Below are positions 30,455-40,092 of a DNA stretch of 64,000 nt, piece after piece. The notes below the pieces were generated by a model. It did not search any database, was not told the DNA's origin, and saw nothing but the letters and a program-made list of their open reading frames with translations. The position numbers and the translations under genes are program-made. Each line of letters starts with the position of its first letter. Position 1 is the stretch's first letter. Source of the DNA: Flavobacteriales bacterium (GTDB lineage Bacteria; Bacteroidota; Bacteroidia; Flavobacteriales; CAJXXR01); assembly GCA_049609625.1 (NCBI GenBank), contig JBMYYR010000001.1, positions 3,644 to 67,643 of the forward strand. The letters are read 5' to 3'.

Positions 30455-31427
30455 CCTCTTTTTTGAACATCCAGAATTTCTCTGGTTTTTGATTTTATTG
30501 CCTTTGCTTTTCCTCTATTTTTGGTTTGTGAAGCGCAAAAATAGACCTAAAATTAGTCATTCGACGAGCAAGCTTGCACAAGTCAGCACGTGGAAAAATA
30601 CCTTTGCTTTTCTACCTAAAGCCTTAGCTTATCTAGCTCTTTTTCTGATGATTATCGCTTTAGCTCGCCCAAGATCCGAAAGCGAAGATGTAGAAACCTT
30701 AAATCAGGAAGGCATTGACATTGTCTTAGCTTTAGATGTATCGACGTCTATGGGTGCTTACGACTTCAAACCCAATCGATTAGAAGCTTCAAAAGCCATT
30801 GCGATTGACTTTGTAAACGGCATCAAAAACGATCGGATTGGTTTGGTAATTTACGCTGGAGAAAGCTTCACAAAATGCCCAATAACATCTGATTATAAGT
30901 TGGTTAAAAATCAATTAAACAGCATCAAATTCGGACTTTTGGAAGACGGCACCGCCATCGGAATGGGTTTGGCGACCTCGGTATCGAGACTAAAAGACAG
31001 TAAAGCCAAAAGTAAAGTCATTATTTTACTGACTGACGGCGTGAATAATACAGGGTTAATTTCTCCACAAACTGCCGCCGATTTAGCTGCCGAATTTGGC
31101 ATCAAAGTCTACACAATTTGTGTGGGAAAAAATGGAAATGTCAAAGCGCCGGGTCCAATGGGGCGCACCAGAGTGATTGAGCATATTGTTGACGTCGACA
31201 TGATGAAAGATATTGCGCAAATCACTGGTGGTAAGTCTTTTATAGCCGACAATAATCAAGCGCTCGAAGCTATTTATGAAGAAATAAATGCCCTCGAAAA
31301 AACTGAAATTAAAGAATTGAAGTATAAAAATTACAGCGAACATTTTCGTCCAATTTTACTTTTAGGCTTACTTCTTTTAGCAATCGAACGTTGTTTAACC
31401 TACACCGTATTTAAGACCATAAATTAA
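30438..31427 (+). CDS. batA: VWA-domain membrane protein BatA
   Basis: N-terminal TM pair, VWA MIDAS motif (LALDVSTSM), C-terminal TM helix. Confidence 0.85.
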   Translation: MNITNNLFFEHPEFLWFLILLPLLFLYFWFVKRKNRPKISHSTSKLAQVSTWKNTFAFLPKALAYLALFLMIIALARPRSESEDVETLNQEGIDIVLALDVSTSMGAYDFKPNRLEASKAIAIDFVNGIKNDRIGLVIYAGESFTKCPITSDYKLVKNQLNSIKFGLLEDGTAIGMGLATSVSRLKDSKAKSKVIILLTDGVNNTGLISPQTAADLAAEFGIKVYTICVGKNGNVKAPGPMGRTRVIEHIVDVDMMKDIAQITGGKSFIADNNQALEAIYEEINALEKTEIKELKYKNYSEHFRPILLLGLLLLAIERCLTYTVFKTIN

Positions 31428-32452
31428 TGTTTGTAATCGATAACATACAATACGTTTGGCTCTTTCTTGCCTTCATCCCTTTACTGGGAATTTACCTTTA
31501 TTTTGCTCGTTGGCGAAAGCAAAAACAGGCACTTTTTGCTGAATCTGAGCTTTGGAAAAAACTAAATCCGAGACATTCTAAACGTAAAATTCACATCAAG
31601 TTTATACTTTATATTTTGATGTTTAGTTTCGGAATTTTGGCTTTGATGAATCCTAAAATTGGCTCGAAACTAAAAACACTAAAACGCCAAGGTGTAGATG
31701 TGGTTTTTGTGATGGACGTCTCCAAAAGTATGCTCGCCGAAGACATTGCGCCAAGCCGATTGGAGCAATCTAAACATCTTGTTTCCAGATTGTTAGATCG
31801 TTTGGTTTCGGATAGAATCGGAATGGTGGTGTATGCCGGAAAAGCCTATCCGCAATTGCCTTTAACGAGCGATTATTCGGCGGCGAGATTGTATTTAAAC
31901 GACATCAATACCGACATTGTGCCTTCCCACGGAACGGATGTTGAGTCGGCCATTCGGATGGCACTCGATTATTTTAAAACCACCAAAGAGCAAAAAAATC
32001 AATGTATTGTTCTGCTTTCGGATGGCGAAGATCACGAAAATACATCTTTAGACTGGCTTTCGGTTGTTGACGACAGCGGCATCCCGATTCACACCATTTC
32101 TTTAGGAAAAACATCGGGCGCACCCATCCCAATCAAAACCAATAATCGGATTACATCCTATAAAAAAGACCGCCAAGGCGAAGTGGTTATTACCAAAATG
32201 AATCCAGTGTATTTGAGCGAAATTGCCGAAAAAACAGATGGCGAGTTTTTGAATGGAAACGACAGTAGAACAACTGTAGATCAGGTTGTTGAAAGCATCG
32301 AGAACATGGAAAAAGGCGAATCGGAAACTGAGCTTTTTGACGATTATGAAGATCAATTTCAGTGGTTTATTGCTGCTGCTATGTTCTTTTTAGTTTTGAT
32401 TTTGATGTTGGGCGATGGAAAAACAATGTGGTTAAGAAAATTAAATATCTGA
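31427..32452 (+). CDS. batB: VWA-domain membrane protein BatB
   Basis: VFVMDVSKSM MIDAS motif. The ATG overlaps the batA stop by 1 nt. Confidence 0.85.
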   Translation: MFVIDNIQYVWLFLAFIPLLGIYLYFARWRKQKQALFAESELWKKLNPRHSKRKIHIKFILYILMFSFGILALMNPKIGSKLKTLKRQGVDVVFVMDVSKSMLAEDIAPSRLEQSKHLVSRLLDRLVSDRIGMVVYAGKAYPQLPLTSDYSAARLYLNDINTDIVPSHGTDVESAIRMALDYFKTTKEQKNQCIVLLSDGEDHENTSLDWLSVVDDSGIPIHTISLGKTSGAPIPIKTNNRITSYKKDRQGEVVITKMNPVYLSEIAEKTDGEFLNGNDSRTTVDQVVESIENMEKGESETELFDDYEDQFQWFIAAAMFFLVLILMLGDGKTMWLRKLNI

Positions 32453-33354
32453 TGAGACAACTTCATTTTTATTTAGGATTAGTTTTTAGTCTTCTGAGCT
32501 TTAGTTCTTTAGCTCAGATGGAAGAGCGTAGCATGACCAGAAAAGCCAACGCATCTTATCAAGATTCGTTGTTTACAAAAGCGACCTTAGAATACAAACA
32601 AGCTTTAGAAATTCACGATTTTGATACCAACCGATTCAATATGGCGGTCAGTTTGTTTGCAGAAGAAAACACCGAAGAAGCCATTAAAGAATGGGAACTT
32701 GTTGAAAAAAAATCAGACAATAAAACCTTAAAATCATTTTGTGTTTACAACAAAGGGTTGGCACAATTGAAATCAGAAAAACAGGAAGAAGCTCTCGAAA
32801 GTTTTAAACAAGCCTTGCGCTATCAGCCTAAAAATGAGATGGCTAGACATAATTATTGGTTTCTAAAACTGTTGCTTGACAGCCAGCCCCAACAAGAGCA
32901 ACAAAATCAGGATAACAAGGATAATCAAGACAATAAAGATCAGGACAAAAAAGATCAAGAGCAAAATCAGGATCAAAATAAAGACGGAGATTCTGAAAAC
33001 GGCGACGGCGATAAAAAGAAAGACGAAAAGACCGAAGACAAGCAAAAAGGCGACAAAGACAGCGAAAAAGAAGAAAAGCAAGAAGAAAAAGAAGACGCTG
33101 AAGACAATAAAGAAGACGAAGACGGCGAAAAACAAGATAAAAAGGACGAAAAGGCAGATAAAAACAAAGCCGGAGAAGAAGAAAAAGAGGATCAGAAAGA
33201 AGGAGAAAATGCCAATGCCGCACTCTCGAAAGCTGAAGCTTTACAGCTTTTAGAAGCCATCGATGAAAGTGAAGACAACACACACAAACGGATTAAGGCT
33301 CAGATGCTGAAAGAGCAAAAAAGAAAAGCTGTTAACAAAGAAAAAGATTGGTAA
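32452..33354 (+). CDS. batC: TPR protein BatC with a long D/E/K/Q low-complexity region
   Basis: Signal peptide MRQLHFYLGLVFSLLSFSSLAQ and TPR repeats. Start trimmed to the ATG at 32452 (TGATG overlap with batB). Confidence 0.8.
   Translation: MRQLHFYLGLVFSLLSFSSLAQMEERSMTRKANASYQDSLFTKATLEYKQALEIHDFDTNRFNMAVSLFAEENTEEAIKEWELVEKKSDNKTLKSFCVYNKGLAQLKSEKQEEALESFKQALRYQPKNEMARHNYWFLKLLLDSQPQQEQQNQDNKDNQDNKDQDKKDQEQNQDQNKDGDSENGDGDKKKDEKTEDKQKGDKDSEKEEKQEEKEDAEDNKEDEDGEKQDKKDEKADKNKAGEEEKEDQKEGENANAALSKAEALQLLEAIDESEDNTHKRIKAQMLKEQKRKAVNKEKDW
32878..33210 (+). repeat. Polypurine low-complexity coding tract inside batC
   Basis: About 330 bp almost entirely A/G on the plus strand, encoding QQEQQNQDNKDNQDNKDQDKKDQEQ...EEEKEDQKEGEN. 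It spawns four spurious ORFs in other frames. Confidence 0.85.
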
Positions 33355-35096
33355 TGAGCACATTAAAAACGTATATTTCATATTTGACCTGTCTTCTTTT
33401 CATCGGATTTTCTTTAAAATCCGAAGCTCAAGAAGTCCGTGTTACGGTCGACAAAACGGAAGTGGTTTTGGGGGAAACGCTATCGGTTTCTTATCGGATT
33501 GAAGGCAAAGCCGATCAATATGATCCGCCTGTTTTTGAAGGTTTTCAAACACTTGGACGTCCTGGTATTACACAGGGTTCATCAAATTTTAATGGAAACG
33601 TTAGCCGCTACATTATTCTTAATTTTAGCCTAAAAGCTCAAAAAATTGGTGTATTTCAACTTCCTGATATCGTGCTTGATGGCACGATGATGCCTGTAAA
33701 CAAAGTTGTTTTAAAAGTTGTTAAGGAAAAGAAACAAAGCTCGAGGTCGATTAATGAACATGTATTCATCAAAACCGAATTGTCGAAAGCCAAAATGTAT
33801 GCCGGCGAAACGTTTTTGTTGACCTACAAGCTGTATTTAGATTCGGAACATTCGCAGGTTACGGGCGTAGAACAACAGCCTGATTTTAAGAATTTTTGGT
33901 CGAAAGAAATTGAAGTCAAAAATCAGAATTTCAGCCAAGAGCTTATCAACGGCAAAGCGTATTTTGTCCGTACGTTGTTTCAGGTTTTGCTTCGAGCTTA
34001 CGATTCAGGAAAAATTCGGATAAAACCTATTGTGTTGACAGTCAGGTATCCAAAAGTAAATTCTGGCCGTCGAAATATTTTTGGACAATCTATTTTTAGT
34101 TATACAAATGAGCGTATTGAGAGTAAAGACCTAACGCTTTCGATACTTGATTTACCTACAGCTGGTCGCCCAAAAAACTTCTCTGGTGCAGTTGGTCGCT
34201 TCAAAATTGACCAGAATTTTTCGACTAAAAAAGCCGAAGTAGGAGAGACCATTTCGTTCAATCAACGGATTTCTGGAACAGGGAATTTCGATTTATTTAC
34301 TTTGCCGAAAGTCAAATTTCCTCAAGATATTGACGTGTATGACCCCAAATCGAACCATTCATTTACATCAACCGCAAGGGGAACGCGTGGGCAAAAAGAA
34401 CATCAATATATTTTAATTCCTCGACAACCAGGGACTTTCAAGGTGGGTTTAGATGGCTTTTCGTACTTTGATACAAAATCGAAATCGTATAAAACAATCG
34501 GAAGACAACAGGTTGATATTCAGGTTTCTGGAGAAGCTTCTTCGGGGCTGAATCAGACAGGAAATGCTGTGCATTCTTCAGAAGTTCAAGTACTTGCGCA
34601 GGATATTGAGTACATCAAACTGGAAACTGAACTAGAGCCCAAAACTGAGCCTTGGTTTAGTTTGGGTAAAAGCTGGATTTGGCTTTTCCTTTTAGCCTTG
34701 GCTGCCTTTGGGCGATGGCTTGGTGTTTGGTGGACGAACAAAACGGTAGATCAAGTTAGTGTAAGGCAACGCAAAGCCAAACAGGCGGCAAAAAAGCGAT
34801 TGAAAGCGGCAGAAAAAGCATTAAAATCTGATCAAGATGCGGTGTATTTTCAAGTGTTGATGGAGTCTATTTTTGGTTATTTTAAAGACCGATTTACCTT
34901 AGAAGCTTTGGAACTCAATCAAGAGCATATTGTTAGTTTATTGGAGAGTCAAAAAATTGATAATCAGCAAATTGAAGAATTTAAAGCCTTGATTTCGATT
35001 TGCCAAATGGCAAGCTACGGCGGCGCAAGCACTCCCAAAAAAGACCTTCAAAACCGCGCCGAAAACCTAATAGAAACATTAGAAAGTAAGTTATGA
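33354..35096 (+). CDS. batD: BatD (oxygen-tolerance family) protein
   Basis: Signal peptide, repeated beta-sandwich segments, a late TM helix WIWLFLLALAAFG. ATG at 33354 (TAATG overlap with batC); the track start is a TTG. Confidence 0.82.
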   Translation: MSTLKTYISYLTCLLFIGFSLKSEAQEVRVTVDKTEVVLGETLSVSYRIEGKADQYDPPVFEGFQTLGRPGITQGSSNFNGNVSRYIILNFSLKAQKIGVFQLPDIVLDGTMMPVNKVVLKVVKEKKQSSRSINEHVFIKTELSKAKMYAGETFLLTYKLYLDSEHSQVTGVEQQPDFKNFWSKEIEVKNQNFSQELINGKAYFVRTLFQVLLRAYDSGKIRIKPIVLTVRYPKVNSGRRNIFGQSIFSYTNERIESKDLTLSILDLPTAGRPKNFSGAVGRFKIDQNFSTKKAEVGETISFNQRISGTGNFDLFTLPKVKFPQDIDVYDPKSNHSFTSTARGTRGQKEHQYILIPRQPGTFKVGLDGFSYFDTKSKSYKTIGRQQVDIQVSGEASSGLNQTGNAVHSSEVQVLAQDIEYIKLETELEPKTEPWFSLGKSWIWLFLLALAAFGRWLGVWWTNKTVDQVSVRQRKAKQAAKKRLKAAEKALKSDQDAVYFQVLMESIFGYFKDRFTLEALELNQEHIVSLLESQKIDNQQIEEFKALISICQMASYGGASTPKKDLQNRAENLIETLESKL

Positions 35097-35848
35097 ACCA
35101 TTCAAAACCATTCCTTTTTTTAGTTACCTTTTTGACCTCAATGTTTTCTGTGGCTCAAACACCAGAAGCTCAATTCGAAATGGGCAATGGAGCTTACAAA
35201 GTCAAAGATTTTGAAACGGCTCTTGAAGCTTATAAAAACGTAGAACAAGCTGGGTTTGAATCGCCCGAATTGTATTTCAATATGGGAAATACGGCGCATC
35301 AGCTCCAGCAGCTCGGCTATTCGATATTGTATTATGAAAAAGCTTTGGAGCTTGATCCAAATTTTGAAGAAGCACAAAAAAACTTAGCTTTTGTCGAGCA
35401 ATTCAAAGCGGATAAAATTGAACAGGTTCCTTTATCGATATTCAAAACATTCTTCACTGAAATTTCAAGTCAATTTACTGTTGATCAATGGTTTAATATT
35501 TCTATTTGGGCTCTATTACTATTTTGCATTGGCGTTTTTGCCTTGAGTTTTCAATGGATTAAAGCCAAAAGAAAGCCTGTTTTTTTTCTCAATCTTATGG
35601 CACTTGCATTTGCCCTTTTTGCTATCGGATTTACCATCTATTCTCATCAAAACCAAAAACAATTGCTTGTGTTTGTTGGCGATACCGTATATGTAAAAAG
35701 TGAACCAAATACCGAATCGGTTGATTTGTTTTTATTGCATGAAGGCGTAAAAGCCGAAGTGAAAGCTAAAGATGGTAACTGGTTGAATATTAGGCTTGAA
35801 GATGGACTTTCGGGCTGGGTGAAAGTTTCTGATTTTGAGGAAATTTAG
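35093..35848 (+). CDS. batE: BatE: TPR + TM + C-terminal SH3-like domain
   Basis: ATGA overlap with batD, TPR repeats, two TM helices, and the terminal segment GNWLNIRLEDGLSGWVKVSDFEEI. Confidence 0.8.
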   Translation: MNHSKPFLFLVTFLTSMFSVAQTPEAQFEMGNGAYKVKDFETALEAYKNVEQAGFESPELYFNMGNTAHQLQQLGYSILYYEKALELDPNFEEAQKNLAFVEQFKADKIEQVPLSIFKTFFTEISSQFTVDQWFNISIWALLLFCIGVFALSFQWIKAKRKPVFFLNLMALAFALFAIGFTIYSHQNQKQLLVFVGDTVYVKSEPNTESVDLFLLHEGVKAEVKAKDGNWLNIRLEDGLSGWVKVSDFEEI

Positions 35849-35912
35849 TTTACTTGGCTCTGTTTGCTTGGTATTAACTCTTGTTAAAATAGAGTGTGTT
35901 TAGACTTGAAAG

Positions 35913-38867
35913 TTAATCCAAAAAAAGCTTATAAAACTCATCATGAAGTTTAGTTCTAACATTATTAGTTACCAAACGTTTATTTTCCATGGTTGGGTAA
36001 GTTCTGTTAGATAAGAAAATGAAAATCATTTGATTTTCAGGATCAGCCCAGGCGAATGTGCCAGTAAAACCAGAGTGTCCAAAGCTTTTGGCAGAAGCTA
36101 ATTCTCCTGCAGGACCACCTTCTTCATCCATCAAAGGTTTATCAAAACCTAAACCACGTCGGTTATTTTGGTTACAAAAAGCGCAAGCTGTAAACTGCTC
36201 TATAGTTTGCTGATCAAAATACTGTTTACCGCCATATTGTCCTTTTTGAAGATAAACTTGCATGAGCTTAGCGAGATCAATACCTCTACCAAACAAACCG
36301 GCATGCCCTGCCACACCACCTAACATGGCGGCACCCATATCGTGTACTTCTCCTTTGAGGCTTTGATGTCGGAAATAAGTGTCGATTTCTGATGGCACTA
36401 TAGCCGATGACGTTTTCGGTAAATAGCCTAAAGTATATGCACCAATAGGTTGGAATAAGGTGTTTTCAACTAATTGATTTAGAGATAGTTTTGATTTTTT
36501 TTCAACAAGTTCTTTTAATAAATAAAATCCTAAATCACTATAGCGATAGTAGGTAGAATCCAACAATTCGGACTCATAAATCCAGGTCAAAATAGAATCT
36601 TTATACAGGTTATTGACAAACATATTGTCGGCAACTTGAGTTTCAAAATGGCTTGATTTGGTTTTACTATATAGACCTTTTTTCCAAGATTTATCTTCCT
36701 CTAAAGTCTTTAAATAGAATGGAATCCAAGGTTTAAATTTAGCCTGATGCGCCAAAATTGAACGTATGCTAATGTCGGCTTTGTTGGTATTTTTACTTTC
36801 TTCTAAGTAGGTTTCAAGGGTTTGGTCTAAATCTAATTTGCCCTCATCATATAACATCATCAATGCCGATGTTGTAGACGCCATTTTGGTTATCGAAGCC
36901 AAATCATAAACACTAGTGTTGGTAATGGCTTTTTTATTCTCGTAGGTCTGAAAACCATAATTTTTATTAAACAAAATCTCGCCATCTTTTGCCATAATAA
37001 GCTGACAGCCAGGTGTAGATTCATCATTAATAGTAGCATTTGCAATAGAGTCAATTTGCTGAAAATCAGATGCTCTGAGTCCAAATTTCATTGGATTTCC
37101 TAGTCTGATTTGTTTGCTTTCTTGAAAATGAAGCCCCGTAGATTCTGGAAAAGCTTTAGAGATACTTACAGGTAGTTTGCCTTTTGGCGAACGCGCACCA
37201 AACAGAAATTGGGCAGCCAGTTTATTTGCTTCCATATTGTTCTGATAAGCAACAGAAAAACTGGTGAATTGTTCTAAAAACTTGAGCTCGAGTAGGGCAT
37301 AGGGATTTGCGAAATGAATCAAATGCGTGTTGGCTCGCTTAGACAGTTTTTCGAGTGAAAGCCGTTCAAAATCACTTAATTTATAGGCTTTCCAAGGCGA
37401 TTTATCCGATTTGTGAATACTGACAATCAGTTGAGTAGAGTCCGGAATAGAACTCAACCAATGATCAAATTCAGCGGTTTTGCCCTTGCTAGAAAAGTGT
37501 TTTTTGTCGGAAGGTACAAAGAAATCAAAGCCATCCTCATACACTTTTTTCTGTTCAATATCACCAAAACTAACTAGCTTAAATAGTTGTTTTTCAATAG
37601 ATTGAAAAGGAATGACTTGATTAGGATTATGAACCAAAGTAAAGGCTTCGGCCATAAGTTGTTCTTTAATCCATTGCGCTTTTTCGTGGTCTATTTTTCC
37701 TTTTGGAAGACTATCTTTTTGGTGTAAATTGAGGTAACTTTTAAGCATCAAGACCTTGAAACAGCTTTTGTTAAGTTCGTCCAAGGTATATTCTTTGGTT
37801 TCGATGCCTTTTTTTACCGTATCAATGACCGCTTTTAGGTTTTGAGGTAAAAGCAAAACGTCATTTCCGGCTTTTAGAGCTTCGAGTTCTAATCGCCCAT
37901 TTTCGTAATGATCCTGAACGCCTTTCATTGCCAATCCATCGGTCATCACAATGCCCTGAAAACCCATTTCGGTTTTGAGTAGAGAGTCAATAAAAACCTT
38001 TGATAATGAGCTTGGTAGATTCTGTTTTCCAGTAATTTTCGGAATATCTAAATGGGCAATCATCACAGCAGAAACACCGCCATCAATACATTTCCGAAAA
38101 GGAAAAAGCTCCAAACTATCTAAGCGTTTCATGCCAAAAGGCAATTGCGGAAGCGCCAAATGCGAATCCATATCGGTGTCGCCATGACCCGGAAAATGTT
38201 TTATGCAAGCTGCCACCTGATTTTTTTCTAAACCTTTGATGTAATTTTGTGCTTTTCGGGCAACATTAATTTTGTTTTCGCCAAAAGAACGGCTGTTTAT
38301 AATCGGATTTTGAGGATTATTATTGACATCAACATCGGGAGCCAAATTAATATGAATGTTGAGCGCTTTAAATTCTTCAGCCATTTGCGCGGCCATTTCT
38401 TCAATCAATTCATGATTTTGAACCGCACCTAAAGTCATCATCCATGGATATTTTGGAAGTTCGCTCAAACGCATATTTGCGCCCCATTCTCCATCTATCG
38501 AAAATAAAAGGGGGAGTTTTGAAGCCGATTCATATTGTGAAGAAAGGGCTTTTAGAGAAATGGTATCACCTTTAAAAAAAGTAACACCACCAATACCATA
38601 ATTTTTTATTTGGCTTAGAAGTTCAGATTCCATACTGCTCGAACGAACCGATTCGGAACGCATAAAACAAAGTTGAGCAATACGTTCTTCTATACTCAGA
38701 TTCTCAAGGGTTTCTAAAGCCCAAGTGGAGTCTGATTTTAGAAAATCTGGAGACGTTGACTCTTCTATAATGCGTTCATTGTTAGTAAGTTGGTTTTGTT
38801 CTTTTGCTTTAGGAACTCCAAAGATAAAGCAGATAAAAAACAATGAGGAAGTCAGCCAATTAAGCAT
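35913..38867 (-). CDS. Fusion protein: GH3 beta-N-acetylhexosaminidase (NagZ-like) + class C beta-lactamase/PBP-like serine hydrolase
   Basis: 984 aa with a signal peptide. The GH3 motif KHFPGHGDT is in the N-half and the SxxK motif (ASITKM) is in the C-half. Confidence 0.88.
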   Translation of the reverse strand: MLNWLTSSLFFICFIFGVPKAKEQNQLTNNERIIEESTSPDFLKSDSTWALETLENLSIEERIAQLCFMRSESVRSSSMESELLSQIKNYGIGGVTFFKGDTISLKALSSQYESASKLPLLFSIDGEWGANMRLSELPKYPWMMTLGAVQNHELIEEMAAQMAEEFKALNIHINLAPDVDVNNNPQNPIINSRSFGENKINVARKAQNYIKGLEKNQVAACIKHFPGHGDTDMDSHLALPQLPFGMKRLDSLELFPFRKCIDGGVSAVMIAHLDIPKITGKQNLPSSLSKVFIDSLLKTEMGFQGIVMTDGLAMKGVQDHYENGRLELEALKAGNDVLLLPQNLKAVIDTVKKGIETKEYTLDELNKSCFKVLMLKSYLNLHQKDSLPKGKIDHEKAQWIKEQLMAEAFTLVHNPNQVIPFQSIEKQLFKLVSFGDIEQKKVYEDGFDFFVPSDKKHFSSKGKTAEFDHWLSSIPDSTQLIVSIHKSDKSPWKAYKLSDFERLSLEKLSKRANTHLIHFANPYALLELKFLEQFTSFSVAYQNNMEANKLAAQFLFGARSPKGKLPVSISKAFPESTGLHFQESKQIRLGNPMKFGLRASDFQQIDSIANATINDESTPGCQLIMAKDGEILFNKNYGFQTYENKKAITNTSVYDLASITKMASTTSALMMLYDEGKLDLDQTLETYLEESKNTNKADISIRSILAHQAKFKPWIPFYLKTLEEDKSWKKGLYSKTKSSHFETQVADNMFVNNLYKDSILTWIYESELLDSTYYRYSDLGFYLLKELVEKKSKLSLNQLVENTLFQPIGAYTLGYLPKTSSAIVPSEIDTYFRHQSLKGEVHDMGAAMLGGVAGHAGLFGRGIDLAKLMQVYLQKGQYGGKQYFDQQTIEQFTACAFCNQNNRRGLGFDKPLMDEEGGPAGELASAKSFGHSGFTGTFAWADPENQMIFIFLSNRTYPTMENKRLVTNNVRTKLHDEFYKLFLD

Positions 38868-39444
38868 AGGTTTTGTTTAAGAAGTCAACAAATTTTTTGA
38901 TAGCTCGGGCGCGATGAGAACATTTGTTTTTGTCTTCTAAAGACATTTCGGCAAAACTTTTTTGGCTTTCTTCCGGACAAAAAATAGGATCATATCCAAA
39001 GCCTTTTTCGCCAGATCGAGTTTCCAAAATCCGACCTTTAACAATACCTTCAAACACAAATTCTTGTTCTTTATCAACAAAAGCGATGGCGGTTCTAAAT
39101 TGAGCATTTCGATTCGATTTCCCTTCCAACTTTTTGAGAACCAAATCCATATTGGCTTCAGCATCTTTTTTTTCGGCATCGGCATAGCGCGCAGAATAGA
39201 CGCCAGGCTCGCCGTTCAGACTTTCAATTTCGAGTCCGGTATCATCAGAAAAAATCGGAAAATCGATGGTTTTAGCCAAATAATGGGCTTTTTGCAAGGC
39301 ATTACCTTCCAAGGTGTCGGCCGTTTCAGGAATATCGTCATTAAAACCTAAATCATTAAGTCCAACAAGATCGATAAATTGAGGTAGCAAAGATCGGATT
39401 TCCTCAACTTTATTTTGATTTTGACTTGCAAAAAGTAGTTTCAA
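38860..39444 (-). CDS. rdgB: Non-canonical purine NTP pyrophosphatase (Ham1/RdgB)
   Basis: MKLLFASQNQNKVEEI..., ...GFGYDPIF..., ...KNKCSHRARA. Confidence 0.92.
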   Translation of the reverse strand: MKLLFASQNQNKVEEIRSLLPQFIDLVGLNDLGFNDDIPETADTLEGNALQKAHYLAKTIDFPIFSDDTGLEIESLNGEPGVYSARYADAEKKDAEANMDLVLKKLEGKSNRNAQFRTAIAFVDKEQEFVFEGIVKGRILETRSGEKGFGYDPIFCPEESQKSFAEMSLEDKNKCSHRARAIKKFVDFLNKTYA

Positions 39445-39459
39445 AGTAAATATGGTTAA

Positions 39460-40092
39460 TTAGTTAATATCTAGACAAATAGACTTTGTTTTTTGTCTCA
39501 CTTTGGCCAACTTAGCATGGGCATCATCTTCTGAACGAAAGCCAACAGGACAAAGTAACACAGACTTCAATTGTTTGGAATCCAAACCAAGAAGTTCGTC
39601 ATATTTTGCAGGCATAAATCCTTCCATTGGCGTAGCGTCAATTTGCTCTAAAGCGCAATGAGACAACAAGTTACCTAAAGCAATATAAGCTTGCGATTTT
39701 GCCCACTGAAATTTCCAATCAGCACTTCTTTGAGCGACGCCGGCATACATCATATTTTTGAAACCCTCGAACGCATCTAGTGGAATGCCACGTGTTTCCG
39801 CCGTATTGTTAATGTAAGCATCAACAAAAGCAACATCGATATCGGTTCGGACGGCCAGAACAATCAAATGAGAAGCATCAGCAACTTGCCTTTGTCCAAA
39901 AGAATGTGGAACAAGGACTTCGCGTTTTTCATTATTTTCGATGAATAAAAACCGATAAGGTTGCAAACCATAAGAAGAAGCCGTTAGGTTTAGTCCTTCC
40001 TTTAAAGTGTTGATCTGATTGTCGTTAAGTTTCTTTTTTGGATCAAAAGCTTTACAAGCATATCGCCATTTTAGGGCATCAATGTAGTTCAT
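39460..40092 (-). CDS. Nitroreductase-family NAD(P)H-dependent oxidoreductase
   Basis: ALKWRYACKAFDPKKKL... and the overall nitroreductase pattern. Confidence 0.82.
   Translation of the reverse strand: MNYIDALKWRYACKAFDPKKKLNDNQINTLKEGLNLTASSYGLQPYRFLFIENNEKREVLVPHSFGQRQVADASHLIVLAVRTDIDVAFVDAYINNTAETRGIPLDAFEGFKNMMYAGVAQRSADWKFQWAKSQAYIALGNLLSHCALEQIDATPMEGFMPAKYDELLGLDSKQLKSVLLCPVGFRSEDDAHAKLAKVRQKTKSICLDIN

Noticed and set aside
32843-33283. Four overlapping ORFs in other frames or strands over the batC low-complexity tract (32843-33283, 32863-33135, 32876-33253, 32973-33167)
   Set aside because: They are artefacts of the stop-poor polypurine/polypyrimidine repeat. Only the batC frame continues into conserved TPR and C-terminal sequence.
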